A stretch of DNA of 64,000 nucleotides from the NCBI GenBank assembly GCA_046290465.1, contig JBKAGP010000001.1, forward strand, positions 1,344,001 to 1,408,000, given 5' to 3'. How positions within the stretch are numbered: position 1 is the stretch's first letter; each line of letters opens with the position of its first letter. This DNA comes from Planctomycetota bacterium. Its GTDB lineage: Bacteria; Planctomycetota; UBA1135; UBA2386. The notes under the pieces were generated by a model, which worked only from the letters and a program-made list of their open reading frames with translations, was not told the DNA's origin and made no database searches. The position numbers and the translations under genes were made by a program. This document shows, one piece after another, positions 39,337 to 48,483 of this stretch.

Positions 39337-39693
39337 GTGACACAGCCGACTCCGCAATCCGAACGCCGCCGCGCGCCCCGCGCCGCCGCCTCGTTTCCGG
39401 TCAACCTGTCCTCCGACACGCTCGCCGAACCGGCGCTGCTGCGCGACATCTCGGAGATCGGCATGGCCTGCGACGCCCCGGCTCCGATCGACGAGATGAC
39501 CATGGTCGGCATCAACTTCTCGCTGCCCGGCCAGACCGAGAAGCACCAGGTCACCGGCGCCGTGGTCCGCTGCGACCGCGTCGAGGACCGCGACGGCAAG
39601 CCGCAGTGGGACATCGCGGTCTACTTCACCGAGATCAAGCCCGTGACCAAGGCGGCGCTGAAGGGCTACGTCGGCAAGGGCAAGCTGGTCTAG
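39337..39693 (+). CDS. PilZ domain protein
   Basis: ERRRAPR and DISEIG motifs; GTG start 7 nt after TACGCT. Confidence 0.85.
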   Translation: MTQPTPQSERRRAPRAAASFPVNLSSDTLAEPALLRDISEIGMACDAPAPIDEMTMVGINFSLPGQTEKHQVTGAVVRCDRVEDRDGKPQWDIAVYFTEIKPVTKAALKGYVGKGKLV

Positions 39694-39755
39694 CGCTGCG
39701 GTCGGCGACCGCGACGGTCGACTGCTCGGCCATAGCGACGCGGCCAGGATCGACC

Positions 39756-39809
39756 CAGGCCCCGATCAACTCAGGCCCCGATCAACTCAGGCCCGGATCC
39801 ACTCAGGCC
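39756..39809. repeat. 16-bp tandem repeat CAGGCCCCGATCAACT x3.4 overlapping the prmC stop
   Basis: Units at 39756, 39772, 39788. Confidence 0.9.
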
Positions 39810-40693
39810 TGGCGCCGCGCCAGCACGAACCGCGGCTTGCCGGCAGCGTCGCTGCGCAGTTCGACCGCCTCGAGGAACGGCAGCGCCGCCAGCACGTCGC
39901 GCGACGGCTCGGCAGCTCCGAGACCGGTCTCCGCGACGAACCACGCGCCCGGCTTCAGGTGGCGCTCGAGACCTTCGCCGATCTCGCGGTAGCACGACGC
40001 GGGATCCCCGGGCGCCGAGAACAGCGCGAGCGGCGGCTCGAAGCGCTTGACGTCGTCGGCCAACCCCTCGGGATCGTGCGGATCGATGTAGGGCGGGTTG
40101 CTGACGACGAGGTCGAAGCTGCGGCCCTCTTCGACCGGCTGCCACCACGAACCGTGCGCGAACGTGACGCGCTCCCCCACCTCGTTGCCGGCCGCATTGC
40201 TGCGGGCCACGGCGAGGGCGTTCTGGCTGGCGTCGACGGCGAGCACCCTGGCGTCGGGACGCTCAGCTGCGATCGCGATCGCGATCGCACCGCTGCCGGT
40301 GCCGAGGTCGACCACTTCGGGTTGCTGACGATCGCCGAGCAGCTCGAGCGCGACGTCGACCAGCTCTTCGGTCTCCGGCCGCGGGATCAACACCGCCGGC
40401 CCGACCTCGAGTTCGAGTTCGCGGAAGCTCCAGGTGCCGAGCAGGTGCGCGACCGGCTCGCCGTCGCCACGGCGGACCAGCAGCGCGCGCATCGCGGCGC
40501 GCTCCCGTTCGTCGAGCGGACGGTCGTGGTCGAGGTAGAGCTGCAGGCGGTCCAGCTTCAGGACCTTGCCCAGCAGCAGCTCGGCGGAGCGCTTGGGCGC
40601 TTCGACGCCGCGCTTGTCGAGCCAGCCCTCGGACGCGCGCAGCACACTCATGACGGTGTGCTGCACGTCGCCGGCTGGCGTCGGCTCGCTCAC
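39803..40693 (-). CDS. prmC: Release factor glutamine methyltransferase
   Basis: LIPRPETE, DLGTGSGAIA, SNPPY; GTGA-coupled start. Confidence 0.95.
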   Translation of the reverse strand: MSEPTPAGDVQHTVMSVLRASEGWLDKRGVEAPKRSAELLLGKVLKLDRLQLYLDHDRPLDERERAAMRALLVRRGDGEPVAHLLGTWSFRELELEVGPAVLIPRPETEELVDVALELLGDRQQPEVVDLGTGSGAIAIAIAAERPDARVLAVDASQNALAVARSNAAGNEVGERVTFAHGSWWQPVEEGRSFDLVVSNPPYIDPHDPEGLADDVKRFEPPLALFSAPGDPASCYREIGEGLERHLKPGAWFVAETGLGAAEPSRDVLAALPFLEAVELRSDAAGKPRFVLARRQA

Positions 40694-41376
40694 TTGTTGC
40701 GCTTGCGCTCGGCGGCCTTCATGCGCTTCTCTTGGGTCGCCTGCTTGTTCTGCTTCATGCCGCCGGCGACCCCCATGATCAGGCCGGCCTCGGCCAGCAG
40801 GCCGCCCAGCATGATCAGCAGGTTGCCCGGGCCGAACAGGCGCCAGAAGCCTTCGCAGCGCACGCCGGCCTCGGCGTCCTTGCCGATCGTCGACGCCATG
40901 TCGGCGAACAGGTCCCCGAGCGACGCCGAGTAGGTGATGTCGGCCGTCAGCCAGCCGTTGGCACGCGCCACTTCGTGCGCCTTGACCGGATCGAACGCGA
41001 CCAGGTACCAGATGCCGCCGATCAGCGGGATCGACGCGGCCAGCACCCACTTCACGCCGGTGGCGCGGTTGTTGGCGATCGAGCCCCACCACGACCAGAT
41101 CATCGCAATCGCGATCAGCAGGTAGAAGCCACCCGCCATCGTCTGGTAGCCCGCGCGCGACACCTCGGCCGAGACCGGCATCATGCAGCCGACGAAGATC
41201 ATGACGCCCGCGAACAGGAAGCGGTACATCGACTTGTCGGTGCAGTACATGTTGAACGCCGGCGCGCCGAGGCCAGCGCGCTGGGCGGCCATCGGATCTT
41301 GCGGCGCGGCGGCCGCGGGGGCGGCGCCTTCCAGCGGCTCGAGGGGTTCGAGGGACGCGAGGTCGGTGTCGGTCAT
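40690..41376 (-). CDS. Hypothetical membrane protein (about 4 TM)
   Basis: Hydrophobic segments, basic C-terminus, host codon usage. Confidence 0.8.
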   Translation of the reverse strand: MTDTDLASLEPLEPLEGAAPAAAAPQDPMAAQRAGLGAPAFNMYCTDKSMYRFLFAGVMIFVGCMMPVSAEVSRAGYQTMAGGFYLLIAIAMIWSWWGSIANNRATGVKWVLAASIPLIGGIWYLVAFDPVKAHEVARANGWLTADITYSASLGDLFADMASTIGKDAEAGVRCEGFWRLFGPGNLLIMLGGLLAEAGLIMGVAGGMKQNKQATQEKRMKAAERKRNK

Positions 41377-41520
41377 CTGTTCTGGCTCCGGGGAGAACGG
41401 GCGGGAGAGGGGTTGTGGGGCGAAGATCGTGGCGGATGCCGGTCCGTCAGTCACGCAAGAATCCGCTACGCACGCATCATTGCGGGCCGCGGTTCAGTGC
41501 AAATGGCGAACGGTCGGCGG

Positions 41521-42600
41521 TCACAGGTCGGCGATGCGCCGCTCCCGCAGGTCCAGCTGCAGGGCGGCGATGATCGGCTCGAGCTTGCCCTCCATGACCT
41601 GCGCCAGGGCGAAGTTCTTGCCGAGGCGGTGGTCGGTCAGGCGGTCCTGCGGGAAGTTGTAGGTGCGCACGCGGTCGCTGCGGTCGCCGGTGCCGACCTG
41701 CTCCTTGCGCTCGGCGGCGCGCTCGGCGGCGACGCGGCGCTGTTCGGCCTCGTAGATGCGGCTGCGCAGCAGTGTCATCGCCTTGGCGCGGTTCTTGATC
41801 TGGCTGCGCTCGTCCTGGCAGGCCACCACCGTGCCCGTCGGCAGGTGCGTGATGCGCACCGCGGAGTCGGTCTTGTTGACGTGCTGGCCACCGGCGCCCG
41901 ACGCGCGGTAGGTGTCGATGCGCAGATCGCCGGAGTCGATGTGCACGTCGACCTCCTCGACCTCGGGCAGCACCGCGACCGTCGCCGCCGACGTGTGCAC
42001 GCGGCCCTTGGCCTCGGTCTCGGGCACGCGCTGCACGCGGTGGCCGCCGGACTCGAACTGCATGTAGTGGAAGACGTTCTTGCCCTTGATGCCGATCGTC
42101 GCCTCCTTGAAGCCGCCGGTCTCGGTCGGCACCGAGTTCATCGGCTCGATCGTCCAGCCCATGCGGCCGCCGTAGCGCTGGTAGAGCGTCAGCAGGTCGC
42201 GAACGAACAGCGCCGCCTCGTCGCCACCGGTGCCGGCGCGGATCTCGACGATGCAGTTGCGGCGGTCGTCGCCGGCCTCGGCGAGCATCAGGTCGAGCAG
42301 CTCGGTGGCCTCGCTGGCCAGCTGCTCCTCGAGCTCGGGGATCTCCATCTCCGCCAGCTCGGCCAGCTCCTTGTCGTCGCCGGCCGCGAGCCCGCGGTTG
42401 TCCTCGAGCTGCTGGCTCTTCTTCTGGAAGTCCTGGTAGCGCTGGACCACCGGCGTGGCCTCACCGAGTTCGCGGTGGATTGCCGAAAGCTTTTCGGGCT
42501 TGTCGGCGAACTCCGGCGACGACGACTGCGCCATCAGCTCGTTGGCGCGCGCGACCATGCGGTCCAGGCGCGCGCGGACCTTGGGATGCAACCCGGTCAT
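41521..42600 (-). CDS. prfA: Peptide chain release factor 1
   Basis: [11 protein letters not shown] anticodon-mimic motif, RTYNFPQ. Confidence 0.97.
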   Translation of the reverse strand: MTGLHPKVRARLDRMVARANELMAQSSSPEFADKPEKLSAIHRELGEATPVVQRYQDFQKKSQQLEDNRGLAAGDDKELAELAEMEIPELEEQLASEATELLDLMLAEAGDDRRNCIVEIRAGTGGDEAALFVRDLLTLYQRYGGRMGWTIEPMNSVPTETGGFKEATIGIKGKNVFHYMQFESGGHRVQRVPETEAKGRVHTSAATVAVLPEVEEVDVHIDSGDLRIDTYRASGAGGQHVNKTDSAVRITHLPTGTVVACQDERSQIKNRAKAMTLLRSRIYEAEQRRVAAERAAERKEQVGTGDRSDRVRTYNFPQDRLTDHRLGKNFALAQVMEGKLEPIIAALQLDLRERRIADL

Positions 42601-42734
42601 CTGGTGCGACTCCTTGGCGTCGGCGAAACGAACGTCGTCCCCGGGATGCCCGCCACAGAAGGAGGGATGCCGTCCGCGAGACGACTGGGGTCGCGGGGAT
42701 CAAGCGGCCTCGTCACGAGCGGACGAGGATCCAG

Positions 42735-42962
42735 CTAGCCCTTCTTGGCTTCCTTCGCGGCGTTCGCGCGAGCGTAGCGCTTGCGGAACTTGTCGACGCG
42801 GCCCGCGGTGTCCACGAACTTCTGCGCGCCCGTGTAGAACGGGTGGCACTCGGCGCAGATGTCGGTGCGGATCTCCGACTTGACGGACTTGGTGGTGAAG
42901 GTGGCGCCGCACGCGCAGCTCACCTTGCATTCGATGTACTTCGGGTGGATATCGGCTTTCAT
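42735..42962 (-). CDS. rpmE: 50S ribosomal protein L31 (Zn-binding type)
   Basis: [28 protein letters not shown]. Confidence 0.97.
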   Translation of the reverse strand: MKADIHPKYIECKVSCACGATFTTKSVKSEIRTDICAECHPFYTGAQKFVDTAGRVDKFRKRYARANAAKEAKKG

Positions 42963-43058
42963 GACGCACCAACGGCGCCGCTTCGGCGCATCTGTGGGGC
43001 GAAGCAGTTTAGGGCCGGATGCCGCGAGGTCAACACCTTCGCAGGGCCGAACCCGCGC

Positions 43059-43637
43059 CTAGGGCAACCAGCGCACCAGCCGTTCGAGTTCGGCCGTGGA
43101 CAGCTCGAAGCCGACCGGCCGCAGCCGCGCCCGCGGGAACGGCCGCTGCGGGAACCAGCGCAGCAGCAGGCCGCCGAGAGCCCCGCGCGCCTGCGGCGTC
43201 AGCGCGTCGAGGCGCTCGGCCGGCAGCACCAGGCCGGCGCCATGGCCGTCACGGGACCGGGGCGCAGCCGCAGCGGGGCCCTCGGCCAGCGGCCGCGGCC
43301 GTCGCAGCGCCAGGGTGCCGTCGCCCAGCACCTCCACCACCGGTGCGATGTCCGGCGGCAGCGCCGAGGCCCGGGCAGCGACGGCCAGCGTGCCGGCGAG
43401 CGGTCCGAGTTCGAAGCCGAGCGCGTCCTGGTGGCGCGGCTCCAGCAGTTCGTACTCGTAGGACGGCGCGCGCTGCGCCGCCTCGGCAGCCGCGTCCGGC
43501 TCGACCGGCTGCGCCCGCAGCGTGCGCTTGGGACCGTCGTCGAACGCCTCGACGACGAATGCCAGCACCACGATCGCGACCAGCGCGAAGCCGAGCGCCA
43601 GCAGCAGCCGCGCAAACAGGTTCGACGGCAGGTTCAC
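43059..43637 (-). CDS. Hypothetical membrane-anchored protein
   Basis: N-terminal TM helix; GTGA overlap with the maf stop. Confidence 0.65.
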   Translation of the reverse strand: MNLPSNLFARLLLALGFALVAIVVLAFVVEAFDDGPKRTLRAQPVEPDAAAEAAQRAPSYEYELLEPRHQDALGFELGPLAGTLAVAARASALPPDIAPVVEVLGDGTLALRRPRPLAEGPAAAAPRSRDGHGAGLVLPAERLDALTPQARGALGGLLLRWFPQRPFPRARLRPVGFELSTAELERLVRWLP

Positions 43638-44233
43638 GCCCCCTCCCGTTCGGCGGCCAGCCGCAGCAGGCGACGGACCGCGTCGACGTGCAGGCCGACG
43701 ACGTTGTCGAACGCACCGTGCTCGAGCCGCAGGAAGTCCTGCGCATCGTCCTGGATGCCGTAGGCGCCGGCCTTGCCGCGGTACTGGCCCGAGTCCAGGT
43801 AGGCCTGCAGCCGCGCGTCGTCGACCGCGTCGCAGCGCACCGCCGACGTCACCAGCTCGCAGAACGCTTCGCTGCCGACGAACAGGCAGTGCGCCGTGTG
43901 CACCTCGTGCTTGCGCCCGGAGAGCCGGCGCAGCATCGCCGCCGCCGCCTCGCGATCGGCGGCCTTGCCGAGTTCGCGGCCGGCCAGGTCGACGACCGTG
44001 TCGACCGCGAGCACCGGCACCCGCGGGTCGGGCGGGACCGCGCCGAGCGCCTTGCGCCGCGCCCGGGCCACGGCGAGTTCGCGCGGCTCGCCGAGTTCGC
44101 TGTCGTGCTCGGTCGCCGCACCGACATACTCGTCACCGGGCTCGCAGAGCGCGAACCGCACGCCCGCGTCCGCCAGCAGCTGGCGACGGCGCGGCGACTT
44201 CGAGGCGAGGTAGAGGTCCAGGTCGGCGACCAC
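43634..44233 (-). CDS. maf: Maf-family nucleoside triphosphate pyrophosphatase
   Basis: LASKSPRRRQLL, DTVV, LGK, KAGAYGIQ, NVVGL. Confidence 0.93.
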   Translation of the reverse strand: MVADLDLYLASKSPRRRQLLADAGVRFALCEPGDEYVGAATEHDSELGEPRELAVARARRKALGAVPPDPRVPVLAVDTVVDLAGRELGKAADREAAAAMLRRLSGRKHEVHTAHCLFVGSEAFCELVTSAVRCDAVDDARLQAYLDSGQYRGKAGAYGIQDDAQDFLRLEHGAFDNVVGLHVDAVRRLLRLAAEREGA

Positions 44234-44291
44234 GAGGCCATCGTCGACATCCGCCCCGGCGCCCGCAAGCACGGTTCCGGTCGCCGAGCTC

Positions 44292-44379
44292 GGATCAGCG
44301 CGTCAGATCAGCGCGTCGGATCAACGCGTCGGATCAGCGCGTCGGATCAGCGCGTCGGATCAGCGCGTCGGATCAGCGC
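44292..44379. repeat. 13-bp tandem repeat GGATCAGCGCGTC x6.8 overlapping the stop of the upstream gene
   Basis: Units every 13 nt from 44292; two carry single substitutions. Confidence 0.95.
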
Positions 44380-45257
44380 TTCTTGCCCTTCGGGGCCGGC
44401 GCCAGACGCGCCAGCAGACAGGCCGGCGACAGCTCGTGCCTGGCGCTCGGCTTGCCGTCCTTGCCGTGCGGACCGACCGACAGCGGCAGGTGGCCGTACG
44501 GCTTCAGCAGCGCACGCACCTCGTCGACCCACTTGCTGACCGCGCTGTTCTTCGGGTCGAGGCCGAGGCGCTGCTGCGCGCGCAGGGTCGACTTCTCCGA
44601 GAAGCAGATCTCCTCGAGCGTCAGCAGGTTGGTCAGGAACGCCTGCACGTGCGGCTGGACCGCCGGCACGCGCTGGAAGAACATGTTGCGGTCGCTGATC
44701 GACGCCTCCCGCAGGAACGTCATGTGCACGCCGTTCTGGTCGTTGTAGACCTGCGCGATCGACTCGCGCACGGCCAGACAACGGTCGAACAGATCCGGGA
44801 TGTCGAGGTCGCGCATCAACTCCTCTACCTCGAAGGCCTCGGTGACGCGGAACTCGTTGCGATCGACGAAGCTCTCCTCGATCCGGCGGCGCGCCTCCTG
44901 GCCGTAGCCGCACGGCAATCCGTGCGCGAAGTAGAGGTGCAGCAGCGCGTCGACGAAGTCGAGTTCCGGCAGCCGGACGATCGGCTCCTTCTTCTTGCGC
45001 TTCGACTCCGCGGGCTTGTCGCCGTCGGCGGCCTCGCCCTCGGTCGACCCGGTGGCGGCTTCCGCCTCGGGCTCCTCGGGCTCGGGCTCTTCGATGATCG
45101 GCTCGGGCTCGGGGATGTCCGCGAGCACCGCCTTGAGCTGCTTGAGGGTGGCCGTCAGGTTGGCCGGCGTCGGCTCCAGTGGCTCGCGCGGATCGGGTAG
45201 TCCGGCGTCCTCTTTGGCCTTCTTGGCAGCAGCTTTGGTCTTCTTCTTCGTCGGCAC
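44373..45257 (-). CDS. Hypothetical protein, possibly degenerate HhH-GPD/endonuclease III-like fold
   Basis: FVDRNEFRVT and helical C-terminal region; acidic linker; fold call is tentative. Confidence 0.7.
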   Translation of the reverse strand: MPTKKKTKAAAKKAKEDAGLPDPREPLEPTPANLTATLKQLKAVLADIPEPEPIIEEPEPEEPEAEAATGSTEGEAADGDKPAESKRKKKEPIVRLPELDFVDALLHLYFAHGLPCGYGQEARRRIEESFVDRNEFRVTEAFEVEELMRDLDIPDLFDRCLAVRESIAQVYNDQNGVHMTFLREASISDRNMFFQRVPAVQPHVQAFLTNLLTLEEICFSEKSTLRAQQRLGLDPKNSAVSKWVDEVRALLKPYGHLPLSVGPHGKDGKPSARHELSPACLLARLAPAPKGKKR

Positions 45258-45352
45258 GACGAGCCTTGGGGGAAGGATCGGGCAGCAGGCCGGGCGGGAA
45301 GCGCCCGGCCAGGGTCACCGCGACGGACGCGCCGCGGTCCTCAGCAGGCCGA

Positions 45353-45817
45353 CTAGGACTCGGCTTCGGGCGTGTCGCCGCCTTCGGCAGCGGCAGCTTC
45401 GGCTTCGGCCTTGGCCTTCGCCTCGTTGTGCTTGGCGAGCGCCGCGGCGCGCTCTTCCATGGCCTTGGCCTTGGCGATCGCACGCTGGTTGCTGTGGCGA
45501 CCCTTCGGCGGCGCGAACGGCTTCGGCTCCGCCTTGCTCTTGCCGCGCTTGCGCTTCTTCTTGACCGGCAACTCGACGCCCGAGCGCTCGATCATCGCAG
45601 CGACCGTCTCCGACGGCTTGGCGCCGACCGACAGCCAGTACTCGACCCGCTCGGTGTTGAGCTTGACCTGCTCGCCCTCGCGGGGGAACAGGGGCAGGTA
45701 GTAACCGAGGGACTCGATGATGCGACCATCGCGCGGGAAGCGCGGATCGGTAGCCACCACGCGGTAGGTCGGGTGGTTCAGGCGTCCAAAGCGTTTCAGA
45801 CGAAGCGTGACTGCCAA
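45353..45817 (-). CDS. rpsP: 30S ribosomal protein S16 with C-terminal extension
   Basis: TTG start after GGAG; LRLKRFGR...PTYRVV...PRDGRIIE.LGYY...YWLSVGAKPSETV. Confidence 0.95.
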   Translation of the reverse strand: MAVTLRLKRFGRLNHPTYRVVATDPRFPRDGRIIESLGYYLPLFPREGEQVKLNTERVEYWLSVGAKPSETVAAMIERSGVELPVKKKRKRGKSKAEPKPFAPPKGRHSNQRAIAKAKAMEERAAALAKHNEAKAKAEAEAAAAEGGDTPEAES

Positions 45818-45960
45818 GGGAATTGGTCTCCGTGCGTCGGGGTGCCGGCGAAAGGGCCGAACAGTGAAGCAGATTCGGCCGCGCGTTGCCAGTTGTTTTT
45901 GACCGGGCCGGGACGGTCGTGGTCCCGGGCGGGCACGGCCGCCAGCCCGGGCAACGGCGG

Positions 45961-46047
45961 CTAGCGGGCAAAGCCCCGTCCGCACGCGTACACGCCGCTT
46001 CCGCGATCACGGTCGGCAGCGCGTCCACTACATGGACGCGCTCCTAG
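45961..46047 (+). repeat. CTAG-bounded 83-bp dispersed element (REP/MITE-like)
   Basis: CTAG at both ends; hairpins CGGGCAAAGCCCCG and GCGCGTCCA-CTACA-TGGACGCGC; right CTAG is the ffh stop. Confidence 0.92.
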
Positions 46048-47579
46048 CGGCGCTTGCCGCCCGGGAAGCCACGCCCCCCGCCGGGAAAGCCGCGGCCCTT
46101 GCCACGGCCCTTTCCGCCCATGCCGGGCATGCCGCCGAGGCCACCTAGCCCACCGAGGCCGCCGCCGCCGCCGCCGCCCCCGCCCCCGCCCAGCATGCCG
46201 CCCAGGCCGCCGCCGCCCCCGCCGCCGAGCATGCCGCCGAGGCCACCGCCTCCGCCGCCGCCCATCATGCCGCCGAGGCCGCCCATGCCGCCCTTGCCGA
46301 GCTTCTTCATCATGTCCTGCATCGCCTTGAACTGCTTGATCAGCCCGTTCACGGCGTCGAGCTGGTTGCCCGACCCGGCGGCGATGCGACGGCGCCGCTG
46401 CACGTCGATCAGCGACGGTTGCCGGCGCTCCCGCGGCGTCATCGACTGGATCATCGCCTCGATGCGCTTGAAGTGGTTGTCGTCCAGATCGATGTTCTTC
46501 AGCGCCGCGCCGACGCCCGGCAGCATGCCGAGCACCTTCTTCAGCGGGCCCATCGAACGGATCATGTTCAGCTGGCTGAGGAAGTCCTCGAAGTTGAAGC
46601 TGCCCTTCTGCAGCTTCTTGGCCTGCTTCTGCGCCTCGCGCTCGTCGATGACCTTCTCGGCCTTCTCCACCAGGCCGACGACGTCGCCCATGCCCAGGAT
46701 GCGGCCGGCCATGCGGCCCGGATCGAACGCCTCGAAGTCGTCCGGCTTCTCGCCGACGCCCTGGAACAGGATCGGCCGGCCGGTCACCTTGACGATCGAC
46801 AGCGCCGCGCCGCCGCGCGAATCGCCATCGGTCTTGGTCAGGATCAGGCCGTGCAGCGGCAGACGCTCGTGGAACTCCTTGGCCGAGTTGACCGCGTCCT
46901 GACCGAGCATCGCGTCGTTGACCAGCAGCACCGCGTGCGGCTGCGTCACCGCGTGCACCTGCTGCACCTCCTGCATCAGGTCCTCGTCGATGTGCAGGCG
47001 GCCGGCGGTGTCGAGCACGACGACGTCGTGGCCGTGCTTCTGCGCGTACTGCAGGCCCTGCAGGCAGACCTCGGGCGGCGACAGCTTCTCGGTCGCCGCG
47101 AACACGTCGACGCCCAGCTGCTTGCCGAGCGTCTTGAGCTGGTCGACCGCCGCCGGGCGCTGCAGGTCGGCCGCGACCAGCAGCGTGCGCTTCTTCTTCT
47201 CCTTGCGGAGGTAGAGCGCCAGCTTGCCGCAGGTGGTCGTCTTGCCGCTGCCCTGCAGGCCGCACATCATCAGGATCAGCGGCTTCTTGTCGGCGATCGG
47301 CAGGCCGACGGCCTGGCCTCCGAGCAGTTCGGTCAGCGCGTCGTGGAAGCACTTGATGAACTGCTGGCCCGGATCGACCGACTCGATCACCTTCTGGCCG
47401 ACCACGCGACTGCGCACGTCGGCGACGAACTCCTTGGCGACCTGGAAGTTGACGTCGGCCTCGAGCAGGGCCTGGCGGACGGCGCGGATGCCGTCCTCGA
47501 CGTTCTTCTCGGTCAGTTTCTTCTGACCGACGATGCTGTTGAAGGCGTTGCCGAAGGCAGTGGCGAGCGTATCGAACAT
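46044..47579 (-). CDS. ffh: Signal recognition particle protein
   Basis: GLQGSGKTT, DTAGR, TKTDGDSRGGAALS, M domain, Gly/Met tail. Confidence 0.97.
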   Translation of the reverse strand: MFDTLATAFGNAFNSIVGQKKLTEKNVEDGIRAVRQALLEADVNFQVAKEFVADVRSRVVGQKVIESVDPGQQFIKCFHDALTELLGGQAVGLPIADKKPLILMMCGLQGSGKTTTCGKLALYLRKEKKKRTLLVAADLQRPAAVDQLKTLGKQLGVDVFAATEKLSPPEVCLQGLQYAQKHGHDVVVLDTAGRLHIDEDLMQEVQQVHAVTQPHAVLLVNDAMLGQDAVNSAKEFHERLPLHGLILTKTDGDSRGGAALSIVKVTGRPILFQGVGEKPDDFEAFDPGRMAGRILGMGDVVGLVEKAEKVIDEREAQKQAKKLQKGSFNFEDFLSQLNMIRSMGPLKKVLGMLPGVGAALKNIDLDDNHFKRIEAMIQSMTPRERRQPSLIDVQRRRRIAAGSGNQLDAVNGLIKQFKAMQDMMKKLGKGGMGGLGGMMGGGGGGGLGGMLGGGGGGGLGGMLGGGGGGGGGGGLGGLGGLGGMPGMGGKGRGKGRGFPGGGRGFPGGKRR

Positions 47580-47715
47580 GAGCCGGCCCAGGATGTTGGC
47601 CCCGGGCGGAGCGGTCAAAGGAAAACGTGGACGCGTCGCCTCCGGAGGAAGGTCCGCGAGCGAACGGCGTCGTAGACCTGGCCCGGTAGTTGCACAAGCC
47701 GGGCAGAGGAACCCC

Positions 47716-48303
47716 ATGAACGCACGCCACACGCTGACCGCACTCCCCCTCCTGCTGCTGGCCACCGCCTGCGCAACCCCCGTTGCCGTGGAGACTCACG
47801 GCGCGGAGCACGAGCTCGAGGCCGAGCTGCGTGTGTTCCAGGACGCACAGCAGGTGTTTCGCGAGAAGAACATGGGCACCCACCAGTTCGACTTCGAAGG
47901 ACACGGCCGGGTGACCGTTCGCGAAATCCTGCTCGAGGGCTTCCCGGGCAACGGCTACCTGAAGTGCCGCTTCCACTACCAGAACCGCACGGCCAAGCCG
48001 GTCGTGCAGAGCTGGGTCAGCCTGGACGTGCTCGACGCCGAGGGCCGCATCCGCTCGACCCAGAGCTGCCACCTGATCATGCCGACGGCCGGCGCGATCG
48101 GCCGCGGCAGCTACTACGCGGACGAGCTGCGCACGCCGACCTACAACGTGCACCTCAAGGAGGGCTGGACCTGGCGGATCCGCTGCGAGTCGGACCTCCA
48201 ACAGCCCGAGGAGCCGCTCGACCCGCCGGTGAAGGAGCCCAAGACCGGCGCCAACCTGCGCGCCCCGGTCATCATCCGGAACCGCGGCCAGAACGACTGG
48301 TAG
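47716..48303 (+). CDS. Lipoprotein of unknown function
   Basis: GAGGA SD; lipobox ATAC. Confidence 0.8.
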   Translation: MNARHTLTALPLLLLATACATPVAVETHGAEHELEAELRVFQDAQQVFREKNMGTHQFDFEGHGRVTVREILLEGFPGNGYLKCRFHYQNRTAKPVVQSWVSLDVLDAEGRIRSTQSCHLIMPTAGAIGRGSYYADELRTPTYNVHLKEGWTWRIRCESDLQQPEEPLDPPVKEPKTGANLRAPVIIRNRGQNDW

Positions 48304-48318
48304 GCCGCACGACCGACA

Positions 48319-48451
48319 GCAGGAGCACCGGGAGGGGCTTCGTGTCCGCGCTTGGGAGAGAGCGCGCTGCACCTCGAGGCGGTGCATTCCGGACGGCGAG
48401 CATGGATGGCGCCGGCCGGAGCCGACACGGATCCCCTCCCGGTGCTCCTGC
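48319..48451. repeat. Long inverted repeat between convergent genes
   Basis: GCAGGAGCACCGGGAGGGG / CCCCTCCCGGTGCTCCTGC perfect 19 bp, extending imperfectly to about 28 bp. Confidence 0.85.
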
Positions 48452-48483
48452 CGTTGTCGATGCCGTTGGTCCCGCCGTCGCGG

